64,000 bases of DNA from Phycisphaerae bacterium. GTDB lineage: Bacteria; Planctomycetota; Phycisphaerae; UBA1845; Fen-1342. Positions within the stretch are counted from its first letter, which is position 1. Every line of letters begins with the position of its first letter. Below the pieces are notes generated by a model. That model searched no databases, had not been told where the DNA came from, and saw only the letters and a program-made list of their open reading frames with translations. The position numbers and the translations under genes are program-made. The stretch covers positions 32,001 through 96,000 of the forward strand of contig CAXXWX010000006.1 in NCBI GenBank assembly GCA_963675745.2, written 5' to 3'. Below are positions 1 to 8,430 of the stretch, piece by piece.

Positions 1-666
1 CTCACCGCGCTGAATCGCCGCGAACGACAGCGCTGTGCCGAATTTCGGCGCGAGCACGCGCGTGATCAAACCGGCCTCTCCCATCGCCAATGCGGTGACG
101 TCACGCCGGCCGGTGTGCCGGCGTTGCTCAGCCAGCACGCGACATGCGTCGGTCGCATCGCGCGCCGTGAAGACCGCCTTGATCACCGCCGCCGGTGTCG
201 CCGCGAGCTGGTCAAAACAGGCGGTGAGATCGCCGGGAGTGTGGCGCAGGTCATGGTGAGATATAACCAACGCATTCCGATGACGGTGTGCGGCGGCGTC
301 CACCTCACAGATCAGCCCGATCTTCTGACGCAGGTTGGCCGAGCGCTGCCATGCGGCCAATTCGATATCCACATAGCCCGGCAACAGCAGACCCAGCTTC
401 AGTAACAGCGCTATGCGCTCATCGTCGCCGCCGTCCCAGTGACCGCCCTCGCTCGCCGACCGGATCGTGAGGATGAACGGCACGTCGTGCGGCTGGCTGA
501 GCAGAGTTTCGACGGCGGGGATATCACGCAGCATATCGACGCGCAGTTCAACGATCTCCGCTCCCGCCGCCACCGCCGCGCGCACCTGTTCTCCCAGCGC
601 TGGCGTGGCCTGTGTCAGCGGAACGGCCAGGAGAGTCTTGTGTCTGCCGGATCGTGTAGTGTTCAA
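1..666 (-). CDS. aroD: Type I 3-dehydroquinate dehydratase, 5' part; runs off the window and may be an AroD-AroE fusion
   Basis: Not in the ORF track. Manual minus-strand translation from TTG at 666 gives ...EIVELRVD...PFILTIRSASEGG...YVDIEL...LVISHHD...TP...VIKAVFTA...AMGEAGLITRVLAPKFG, which are DHQase-I motifs. The start overlaps the upstream stop (TTGA). Confidence 0.85.
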   Translation of the reverse strand, partial: MNTTRSGRHKTLLAVPLTQATPALGEQVRAAVAAGAEIVELRVDMLRDIPAVETLLSQPHDVPFILTIRSASEGGHWDGGDDERIALLLKLGLLLPGYVDIELAAWQRSANLRQKIGLICEVDAAAHRHRNALVISHHDLRHTPGDLTACFDQLAATPAAVIKAVFTARDATDACRVLAEQRRHTGRRDVTALAMGEAGLITRVLAPKFGTALSFAAIQRGE

Positions 667-1268
667 TAGTCTTCGAACAACTTCGCCAGGGGAGTGTGCA
701 GCACGCTGCAGATTCGCGCCAATGTCCAGGTCGTCGTGGCATTCTTGCCCAATTCGATCTGCGACAATTGAGCCGCGGTGATCCCGGCGCCGCCGGCCAC
801 GTCTTCCAGCGTACGCCCGGCGCGCTGACGCTCCGCCCGCAATCGAGTGCCCAACCGCCGATTGAAATCCTCCTCGGTGTATCCACGAATGCCGATTTCC
901 GCCAGTTGGCGCTCGATCGCCGTGAGCAGCAACTCCGGCTGGATCGGCTTGGTGAGCACGTCGCGGGCCCCGGCGCGAACCGCTTCCAACACCTGGGGCG
1001 TGTCCGGGAACGCGCTCATGGCGATGATGCGGGTCTTCGGCGACGACTGACTCAGCGCGGCAATCACGTCCGTGCCGGCCACATCCGGCATGCGCAAATC
1101 CACCAGGGCCAGCTCGCACGGAGCCCGCGCGGCCAGTGCCAGCCCCGCATGCGCCTCAGTAAAAGTCACAACTTCGTGCGCCGCTTCGGTCAGCCACGTG
1201 TATATAGAACGGCAGACCGATTCGTCGTCATCGATAACGAGTGTCCGGATGGGGATGCGTTTTTTCAT
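663..1268 (-). CDS. Response regulator: REC domain plus C-terminal XRE-family HTH
   Basis: VIDDD, LVDLRMP and TKP receiver motifs; C-terminal LGTRLRAERQRAGRTLEDVA..AGIT..QLSQIELG is an XRE helix-turn-helix. Confidence 0.88.
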   Translation of the reverse strand: MKKRIPIRTLVIDDDESVCRSIYTWLTEAAHEVVTFTEAHAGLALAARAPCELALVDLRMPDVAGTDVIAALSQSSPKTRIIAMSAFPDTPQVLEAVRAGARDVLTKPIQPELLLTAIERQLAEIGIRGYTEEDFNRRLGTRLRAERQRAGRTLEDVAGGAGITAAQLSQIELGKNATTTWTLARICSVLHTPLAKLFEDY

Positions 1269-1355
1269 GGTGAATCACGAGAATACCGTCGGTCAGCCGA
1301 GGGTATGAGCACGATTCGTGCGCACATACCCTCATTCAGCGTCCCATTGTCCGCT

Positions 1356-1375
1356 TTTGTACAAGTTTGTACAAA
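1356..1375. promoter_or_regulatory. Candidate operator: two tandem TTGTACAA palindromes forming a 20-bp near-palindrome
   Basis: TTTGTACAAGTTTGTACAAA in the divergent intergenic region between the REC-XRE gene and the secreted paralog pair. Confidence 0.45.
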
Positions 1376-1577
1376 TCAGCGCCCGCTCATAGTAGCGATT
1401 TCCGGGCGCCGCATACAATCGCAACCGTGTGCGGCGTTGCGTGTCAACCAGGTGAGACGCACCGCCGTCCCTGGCCGCCCGTGGCTGCCATCGTCTCCGG
1501 CAGCCACTGTATCGAAGGAGGCCCGCGGCGCATCGTTATTTCGGTCCGGTCAACCTCTGCCACGGAGGGTGCTGACA

Positions 1578-2597
1578 ATGACGCGCCTGACACTTTGGAT
1601 CGCCCTGCTCATCGTCGGCGCCACGCCGCACGTCAGCGGTGCCCAGACCACCGCCGGCGAAACTGAACGGCCATCCGAAGGCCTCTGGATCACAGAGCGC
1701 ATGTGGGACGGCATTACGAAGCGCGTTGCGAACCAACTCGCCGACCGCTACGGGTTTGACGAGGACCAGCGTTACCTGACCCGCCAGGTGCTTCGTGAGC
1801 GGGTCGTGCCGTGGTTCGAATCCAACCGCGCGGGCGTCCAGCCCGTGGTGAACTGGTATTTTGAAATGCTGCTCAATGACGAGCCACCCTCGGTGGACGA
1901 GGTCGCCGAATGGGCCAAGCAGGCGGGGCCATTGTTGGAGCAGTTTCGGACAATGTTGGTCGAGACGGGCGATGAGATGCGCGGCTTCATGACCGAGGAG
2001 CAGCAGGAGCAGATGGACATCGAGCTCCAGGCCGCCGGCGCCATGCTCGACATCGTCGATCGCCGAATCGGCGGCTGGGCCAGGCATCAGTATGACCCGG
2101 TCACCGACTGGTGGGAGAGCCCCAACCACGATCCCCACGGCGCTGGCCCACCTCCCGACCTGGCTGTCGACAACGGCGCGGATGCCGCCGAACAGCCCGA
2201 AACCGCGCGGCGCTTCGTACTCAAACCCGGTTTTGAGGACCCCTGGGAAACATACGTCAACGCGTTCATCAAACGCTATGCATTGAGCGAAGAACAGCAG
2301 GCTCTGGCCCGGCGAGTCCTGGTCGTCGTGGCCAACCAGCGCGATCGCTATCTGCTGCTCAAGGGACCCACGTTTGACTGGATCGAGCGCAAACTCGCCG
2401 CGGCAAAAGACGAATCAGAAACCAGGACCCTGATGGCGCGCTACGAGAAGCTCGTCCGGCCGCTGGACACCAAGTTCCAGATCCTCAAGGAGAAACTGCA
2501 CAAGCTGCCGACGCGCGAGCAGGTTCAGGCGGCGTCGGACAAGCCACCGCTGTCCGAACCGGAGCATTTGGCGCTCGGAGCCCTCGCCGAGCGCTGA
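1578..2597 (+). CDS. Secreted all-helical hypothetical protein (339 aa), paralog A
   Basis: ATG at 1578 after a GGAGGG RBS; signal peptide MTRLTLWIALLIVGATPHVSGA; clear similarity to the next ORF. Confidence 0.8.
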   Translation: MTRLTLWIALLIVGATPHVSGAQTTAGETERPSEGLWITERMWDGITKRVANQLADRYGFDEDQRYLTRQVLRERVVPWFESNRAGVQPVVNWYFEMLLNDEPPSVDEVAEWAKQAGPLLEQFRTMLVETGDEMRGFMTEEQQEQMDIELQAAGAMLDIVDRRIGGWARHQYDPVTDWWESPNHDPHGAGPPPDLAVDNGADAAEQPETARRFVLKPGFEDPWETYVNAFIKRYALSEEQQALARRVLVVVANQRDRYLLLKGPTFDWIERKLAAAKDESETRTLMARYEKLVRPLDTKFQILKEKLHKLPTREQVQAASDKPPLSEPEHLALGALAER

Positions 2598-2654
2598 CTA
2601 CCGGGCCGCGATGGTGTATCTTCCCGCATCGGCAAACGAAACGGAGGTATTTTC

Positions 2655-3674
2655 ATGTTGAAGGGATTCACGCGCTGGTCGCTCCTGCTGGCAGTAGCGC
2701 TGCTGCCCGCGGTCGCCGCAGCCCAGCCCACGATGTTCGAAGAGGAAGAAGAGCCCGAGCACATCGACGGCCCCTGGCTGACAAAGACCATGCAGGAACG
2801 CCTGATGAACAAGATGGCGGACGACGTTTCGCGCCGCTACGACTTTGATGAGGACCAGCGTTTCCTGACCCGCGAGCTGTTCCGTGAGCGCATACCGACG
2901 TGGCTCACTGAGAACCGCAGCAAGATCCAGCCGCTGGTCAACACTTACTTCGAGGCAATGCTGAACGATGAGCCGCCCGATCCGGCCGAGGTGGCGGTGT
3001 GGTCGGCGGAAGTGCTCCCGCTCATGGAAGACTTCACCGGCATGTTGGATGGCGTGGGCGACGGTATGCGCGAATACATGACCGAAGACCAGCAGATCAT
3101 TCTCGAAGGTGAGCTGGCCGCTTTCCACGCGGCTGAGCAACTGCTCGTCGGCCGCTTGAGGCACTGGGAACAGGGCGGCTATAACGCCGAAACCGACTGG
3201 CCCGAGAGCGAGGGTTTTCGCGAGGCCGAACGCGCGCGACACGCGGAAACCAACGACGCGATGCGCACGGCCCGCAAGGAAGCGGTCGGTGATGCGCTTG
3301 GGCGCGGCCCGATTCCACCGCCAAAGCAACTGAGTGACCCGTGGGCCAAGTACGTCGAGGAGTTCATCAAACGCTACGACCTGAATGCCGACCAGCAGGC
3401 CCAGGCCCGCAAGCTCTTGCAGCGCTACCAGGAACAGCGCGACAGCTATCTCATGCGCCGGGACGCGGACATTGATCGCGTGGAGGAAATGCTGCTCAAG
3501 GCCGAGACCGAGGAAGAGAAGGCCACCTGGATCGCCAAATACGAGAGCCTGGCCGAACCCGTCGAGACGAAGTTCCAGGTCTTGAAGGAGCGACTCAACA
3601 AGATCCCGACGCGCGCGCAGCGCGCCGCCGCCGCGGAACGCGAGAACGCCGAGAAGAAACCCAAACCTGAATGA
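2655..3674 (+). CDS. Secreted all-helical hypothetical protein (339 aa), paralog B
   Basis: GGAGG RBS; signal peptide ending AVAAA; shares FDEDQR, LNDEPP, DPW..YV..FIKRY and TKFQ.LKE.L.K.PTR blocks with paralog A. Confidence 0.85.
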   Translation: MLKGFTRWSLLLAVALLPAVAAAQPTMFEEEEEPEHIDGPWLTKTMQERLMNKMADDVSRRYDFDEDQRFLTRELFRERIPTWLTENRSKIQPLVNTYFEAMLNDEPPDPAEVAVWSAEVLPLMEDFTGMLDGVGDGMREYMTEDQQIILEGELAAFHAAEQLLVGRLRHWEQGGYNAETDWPESEGFREAERARHAETNDAMRTARKEAVGDALGRGPIPPPKQLSDPWAKYVEEFIKRYDLNADQQAQARKLLQRYQEQRDSYLMRRDADIDRVEEMLLKAETEEEKATWIAKYESLAEPVETKFQVLKERLNKIPTRAQRAAAAERENAEKKPKPE

Positions 3675-3700
3675 AAGCCCCGCCCGCCTGACCGTTGGCG

Positions 3701-3811
3701 CAAAAGCTGAGGATCCGAGCTCGCCGTAACTCGGACCCTCCAAGCCAGGCTGCCCGCTCTCTCGAGCGGTGACCCACAACCTTACCCGTGCATCGACTGT
3801 GCGTGGAAGGT
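3701..3811 (-). ncRNA. Riboswitch-like structured RNA with an overlapping intrinsic terminator
   Basis: P1 ACCUUCCA(3811-3804)/UGGAGGGU(3742-3735); GNRA-capped hairpin CCGCUC-GAGA-GAGCGG; 11-bp hairpin GAGGGUCCGAG/CUCGGAUCCUC followed by AGCUUUU, sharing bases with the P1 3' strand. G-U wobbles favour the minus strand. Confidence 0.5.
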
Positions 3812-4066
3812 GCATCAATTATTGAGGGAATATCCCCGGGCGATTTGTGAATCGTGCGGCGGCCGGGGGCCGGGGGTCCACCAGCGCAGAATGAAGCTGG
3901 GCGGCGGGGGACCTGCCGCGGTCCGGCAAACTGGCAAAAGCGGCCGGGGGGCGGGTTTTCCTTGACATACCGATAACGCGTATCCGATCAGGAGTAACGA
4001 TAGATCACGGTCGGCGAGCGCTGCCATTGTGCAGCGCGCGAGTTATCGGAGGTTCGGTAGCCTGAC

Positions 4067-5935
4067 ATGTCAGATCCCTGCGCTTCCCACCGCCACCCGC
4101 GGCACACATGGGCAAACCCGTGCCTGGTAGCGGCCCGAATCGGCCTGCTGGCCATCGTGGCGGCGACCCCGCTCAGTCATGCCGACGAGCCGGTCACCAC
4201 CACCCAACCAAGCGACACCTTTGAGCCGGCCGCGGAGGCCGCCAACGCCCCCAACGTGACAGTCAGCAACGTCGGACTGCTTGACGTAAATGTCCACGAC
4301 ACGCCCATCGCATCAGTGCTCGAGATGTTGAGCTACCAGGCACGCTCGAACATCGTCACGAGCACATCCGTCACCGGAAACATTTCCGCCAATCTCTACG
4401 ACGTGACCCTCGAAGCGGCCCTCGATGCCATCCTGATTCCCAACCAGCTCACCTATCGAAAGATGAACGGCGTGATCTACGTCGGGACGGTTCAAGAGAC
4501 CAATGCGAATGGACCGCTGCCACAGCCACGCGTCTTCGAGTTGAAGTATATCTCACGCGCCACGGCCGCCGCCGCCGTCGAATCCCTGCTCAGCGAGCGC
4601 GGGACTATCGCTGCCGCCGAAAGCCAGAGCAGCGGCAGCGGCAGTGGCGGTGCCGATTCCCTCTCGAGTGTCTTCGGCGAGGCCGGGGTTGATTATCTCA
4701 TCGTCATCGACACACCCGATCGCCTGAAGGCGATTGAACGCGTGATCGGCGAGATCGACGTGCGTCCCAAGCAGGTGCTGATAGAGGCAACCATCCTGCG
4801 CGCCACGCTTAACGAGGACAATCAGCTCGGCATTGACCTCACGCTGTTGAACGGGGTCGACTTCCAGGACGTTACAAGCACCAGTGACGCGGCCGCCAAC
4901 CTCCAAACCGGACAGGTCCCGCCCCGGCGCTTCGATAACACGACCTTCAACGTGAACACCGACCTGCTTGATGGGTTTCCCGGCAGCGGCTTCACCTTCG
5001 GGATTATCAAGAACAACGTGGCGGCGTTTGTGCGCGCCTTGGAGAGCGTCACCGACGTGTCCGTGCTGGCCCATCCCAAGGTCCTCGCACTGAATAAGCA
5101 CGAAGCCGAGATCATCGTCGGGCGGCGCGATGGCTATATAACCACGATGGTCACCGAGACCGCCGCGGTTCAGTCAGTTGAATTCCTCGAAACGGGCACG
5201 CAGATCCTGCTGCGCCCGGTGATCAATCCCGATGGGACCGTGCGATTGGACGTGCGCCCCAAGGACAGTAACGGCGGCCTGAACTCGTCAAACCTCCCCT
5301 TCGAGGAGACCACCGAGACCCACGTGCAACTGCTGCTCGATGATGGTCACACGGTCTTGATCGGCGGACTGTTTCGCGAGCGAACCGTCAGTTCGAAAAC
5401 ACAGGTACCCGTGCTCGGGGACGTTCCGATCCTCGGTCATCTCTTCAAGCGCTCGTCGGACCAAACCGTACGCGAAGAGGTCATCATTCTGTTGACGGTA
5501 CACGTCCTCAAGGAGACACCCGAAGAACAAGAGCAGTTCCGGGAGATCATGGAGGATATTGAACGCATCCGCGTCGGCAGCCGCCAGGGATTGATGGGCA
5601 CCGGGCGTGATCGCCTGGCGCAGGCCTTCTATCAGGAAGCGTTGTCACAAGCCGAGGCCGGCAAGTTCGACCTGGCGCTGTTGAACGCCCGCATGTCGCT
5701 GCACAACCAGCCGCGGCACTTGGGCGCATTCAAGCTCAAGGAGGAGCTGCTCGGCCGCCGCATGTGGGACGGCGGTTATTCGCGCAGCCAGACGGTTCTA
5801 CTGGATTTGCTGGACGGAGCCAGCGAGGCGACCGCCGGCGAGCCGGACGCCGGACACTTCGGCCATCCGCCGCTCGACCACCATCTGATGTCCGGGCACG
5901 CCGATGTCATTGAGAAGGGAGAGAAGTCACCATGA
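4067..5935 (+). CDS. Secretin (GspD/PilQ family) with N-terminal STN-like domain and C-terminal TPR-like extension
   Basis: IDVRPKQVLIEATI, VLAHPKVLALNKHEAEIIVG, GHTVLIGGL and VPVLGDVPILGHLFK secretin motifs. Confidence 0.93.
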   Translation: MSDPCASHRHPRHTWANPCLVAARIGLLAIVAATPLSHADEPVTTTQPSDTFEPAAEAANAPNVTVSNVGLLDVNVHDTPIASVLEMLSYQARSNIVTSTSVTGNISANLYDVTLEAALDAILIPNQLTYRKMNGVIYVGTVQETNANGPLPQPRVFELKYISRATAAAAVESLLSERGTIAAAESQSSGSGSGGADSLSSVFGEAGVDYLIVIDTPDRLKAIERVIGEIDVRPKQVLIEATILRATLNEDNQLGIDLTLLNGVDFQDVTSTSDAAANLQTGQVPPRRFDNTTFNVNTDLLDGFPGSGFTFGIIKNNVAAFVRALESVTDVSVLAHPKVLALNKHEAEIIVGRRDGYITTMVTETAAVQSVEFLETGTQILLRPVINPDGTVRLDVRPKDSNGGLNSSNLPFEETTETHVQLLLDDGHTVLIGGLFRERTVSSKTQVPVLGDVPILGHLFKRSSDQTVREEVIILLTVHVLKETPEEQEQFREIMEDIERIRVGSRQGLMGTGRDRLAQAFYQEALSQAEAGKFDLALLNARMSLHNQPRHLGAFKLKEELLGRRMWDGGYSRSQTVLLDLLDGASEATAGEPDAGHFGHPPLDHHLMSGHADVIEKGEKSP

Positions 5936-7026
5936 GATGGGCGTCTTGCGCAGCGCCGGCGGCCATGATGCTGGCCTTGAGCGTCCAATCCGGATGTCAC
6001 TCCCCCGCGACGCAGGCCACGGCACGGCAGGAGGCGGAGCGGCGCTGGAAGGTCGCCCGTGCCGACGTGAAGGCGCGCCTGGCAGCCGACCAGTTCGCCA
6101 TCGGCCGGGTTGAAGCCGCCGCCCTTCAGCTTGCCGAGGCGCAAGAGCTTGATCCGAACAACTTGTCGCTCAAGCTGATGGAGGCGCGTATCCTCCTGTC
6201 GAAAGGAGCGGCCGATCGTGCCGAGCGGATTCTGAAGACTCTGGAGTTGAAGCCCGCGCGCCAGGCGGAACGGGACTACCTGCTTGGAGTGATCCATCAG
6301 CAACGTCTGCGCTGGGAGCAAGCGGCCCAATGCTTCATCGCTGCCTGCGACCGCGATCCACACGAGGTTGCGTATCTGGCCGCCTCCGTGCAGGCGCTAC
6401 TTCAATTGGGACACGTGGCGCGCGCGCAGGAGTTGCTGGCGGCTCACGCGGATGCCATCGGCTGGACCGCCGCCTACCAGGCCGCAATGGCCGAGTGCCA
6501 CGAACAAACCGGGGACTGGGCCGAGGCGGCGAGCGCCTGGAAACGCGCATCCAGCACGCAAGAGGATCCCGTCGTGCTCGAACGCCTGGCATTGGCACAG
6601 TATCGCGCGGGACAATGGGAACGGGCGGCGGCAACGCTGCGCAGCCTCTTGCGTTTGGCAGGCGATGCTGACCAATCGTTCAACGTGCGCCTGCTGCTGG
6701 CCGAATGCCTCTTGGAGAGTGGTCAGACCATTGCCGCACGCGCCGAGCTGGAGGGGTTGCTCAAGACGGCTCCGAGCGATCCGCGCGCCTTGCACCTGCT
6801 GGCCCGCGTGCACGTCGAGGCCGGCGACCTGACGCGAGCCCTGGCAATTGTCAACGCCGGTCTCGCGACCACGCCGCACAACGTGCCTCTGCTGGAACTC
6901 GGCGCGGTTCTGGCATATCGCACTGGCGACAGCAAGCGGGCCGCGTGTATGGCCCACGCCTTGTCAGAGGCGACCGGGTCCGAACCCAACCCGATCGCCG
7001 CCCGCGTGCTTGAACTCACCAAATAA
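5932..7026 (+). CDS. TPR-repeat lipoprotein, candidate secretin pilotin
   Basis: Lipobox-like SVQSGC, multiple TPR helices, ATGA overlap with the secretin stop. Confidence 0.75.
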   Translation: MRWASCAAPAAMMLALSVQSGCHSPATQATARQEAERRWKVARADVKARLAADQFAIGRVEAAALQLAEAQELDPNNLSLKLMEARILLSKGAADRAERILKTLELKPARQAERDYLLGVIHQQRLRWEQAAQCFIAACDRDPHEVAYLAASVQALLQLGHVARAQELLAAHADAIGWTAAYQAAMAECHEQTGDWAEAASAWKRASSTQEDPVVLERLALAQYRAGQWERAAATLRSLLRLAGDADQSFNVRLLLAECLLESGQTIAARAELEGLLKTAPSDPRALHLLARVHVEAGDLTRALAIVNAGLATTPHNVPLLELGAVLAYRTGDSKRAACMAHALSEATGSEPNPIAARVLELTK

Positions 7027-7129
7027 GTGCTTGGGGGGCAGGTACTTCACCGCAAGGGAAAGCCGCGGGGCGAGCGACACCGTGTCGTGTCGATCGCCCG
7101 GCGGCCGGACCGCTGTGGACAAAAGTGCG

Positions 7130-7160
7130 GACGGGTCCGGCACCTGGTGCCGGGCCCGTC
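7130..7160. terminator. Strong hairpin between the convergent TPR and pilin genes
   Basis: GACGGGTCCGGCAC-CTG-GTGCCGGGCCCGTC, a 14-bp stem; the A4 run just to the left gives a short U-tract on the minus strand. Confidence 0.65.
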
Positions 7161-7193
7161 GGGCGGCCCTCTCACTTGGGATCAGCAAGTTTG

Positions 7194-7697
7194 CTAGTAA
7201 GTGTTGTAGGCGACGTTGGCCTCGTCCAGTTCCTCACTGTTGGCGAGAAACTCGCCGGTTGTGGGGTTGTACACCCAGCCTTCGCCGTCGGTGGTATCAA
7301 CATCCGGCGGCGAGTTTGCGCTGTCAATCAGCACGCCGGTCGGGTCGGTCGGGTTGCCCACCGGGCAGGGCGGGATGGCCAGCAGATAAGGGCCGTATTT
7401 GTGCGTTGCGTCACGGGCGCCTGCGGTGGCGCCGGTTACCGATGAGTACTTGAGCAGATGATCGCTGATGGTCCCGCCGTCATGTCCCGGGTACTTGTTG
7501 TTGTGCTCGGCCGCATACATATTGATGGCGTTGCGCATCACCGACAGGTTTCCCGAGAGGGCCGCATCGGAGGCTCCGGCGGAACCACGGCTCAAGCGTG
7601 GAATCGCCATCGCCGCCAGAATCCCGATAATCACGATCACCACAACAAGTTCGACAAGTGAGAAACCGCGCTGATTGGGGCGTTTCCGCGTGAGCAT
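7194..7697 (-). CDS. Type IV pilin / GspG-like major (pseudo)pilin 1
   Basis: Start MLTRKRPNQR then the class III cleavage/methylation site G|FSLVELVVVIVIIGILAAMAIP; YGPYL motif as in GspG. Confidence 0.9.
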   Translation of the reverse strand: MLTRKRPNQRGFSLVELVVVIVIIGILAAMAIPRLSRGSAGASDAALSGNLSVMRNAINMYAAEHNNKYPGHDGGTISDHLLKYSSVTGATAGARDATHKYGPYLLAIPPCPVGNPTDPTGVLIDSANSPPDVDTTDGEGWVYNPTTGEFLANSEELDEANVAYNTY

Positions 7698-7784
7698 TAC
7701 ACCAGTCTCCGAATGAGAGTGCCTCGTTCTTCCCGCCGACCGTTGCTGTGGTGGCTGGGACAGCATGTCTTGGTCATATGTCAG

Positions 7785-7810
7785 ATCGGTTGTCGCCAAT
7801 GGTGTCTTCA
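7785..7810 (-). promoter_or_regulatory. Sigma28-like promoter upstream of pilin 1
   Basis: Minus strand TGAAG-N15-ACCGAT. Confidence 0.5.
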
Positions 7811-7884
7811 TTAAGTATTGAGTGGATTCACGCGACGCCGCCCCGGACGGTCGGGACGTGAGCGGCCGTCGATCATATGTGGCG

Positions 7885-8430
7885 TCAGCGTCCACCGGCG
7901 CCGTCCACGTGCAGGACAACTTCGTCCTCTGACGACCGAAAAACCACGCTTTCGCGGCGAATCTGCGTCAACTTGTAACCGTCCACCACGGCCCCAAGCC
8001 GAATTACCCGGCGATCGATGATCGCCGCCGGTTCGGGACCGGCCAGCACACCATTCAGCTTGTGCTGCGCTGAAAAGAGAGTCTTCTTTGCCGCGAGCGG
8101 CTCCTCGGTTTGCCGGCGCGCGGAGATTTCCGGAGCGGGAGCCGTGGCGACAACCAACATCGTCTCCGATAACTCGAAAGGGTCACGCCGCAGCGCGCTC
8201 ATATCCAGCGGCGGCCGGTCATTCGGGCTACTCGACAGCGTGGCGATCAGAGTGTCCACGTCGATTACCGCGACTTCCGCAAGTGGTGGACCCGCATCAT
8301 CGACGGTCATGACGGCGGCATGCGCGGTGCGCGGGTGTGTGTCGCCGATGAACTGATCAACGACCCACGCGGCGACGACAATCCCCAGCCCGCCGAACAT
8401 GATTCTCTGCGATAGCGTCAGCTTCTTCAT
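7885..8430 (-). CDS. PilP/GspC-like assembly protein
   Basis: N-terminal TM, RRDPF motif and a beta-rich LNGVL...AIID...G..VDGYKL..I tail; last gene of the PilMNO run. Confidence 0.6.
   Translation of the reverse strand: MKKLTLSQRIMFGGLGIVVAAWVVDQFIGDTHPRTAHAAVMTVDDAGPPLAEVAVIDVDTLIATLSSSPNDRPPLDMSALRRDPFELSETMLVVATAPAPEISARRQTEEPLAAKKTLFSAQHKLNGVLAGPEPAAIIDRRVIRLGAVVDGYKLTQIRRESVVFRSSEDEVVLHVDGAGGR

Noticed and set aside
1361..1375. 15-nt match to the start of Gateway attB1 (ACAAGTTTGTACAAA)
   Set aside because: The match stops there and no vector sequence is nearby; treated as a native palindrome.
696..1577. N-terminal 294 codons of the 633-aa ORF
   Set aside because: Overlaps the REC-XRE gene on the other strand; the real start is ATG 1578 with RBS and signal peptide.
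2598..3818. 406-aa minus-strand ORF
   Set aside because: Antisense shadow of the paralog B gene; no recognisable motifs. The plus-strand gene is supported by paralogy, RBS and signal peptide.
3925..3945. GGCAAAC...CAAAAGC as a canonical c-di-GMP-I riboswitch upstream of the secretin
   Set aside because: No GNRA-capped P2, no GGACGCAAA and no P3.
3962..3990. TTGACA as a sigma70 -35 for the secretin
   Set aside because: No credible -10 hexamer at 16-18 bp.
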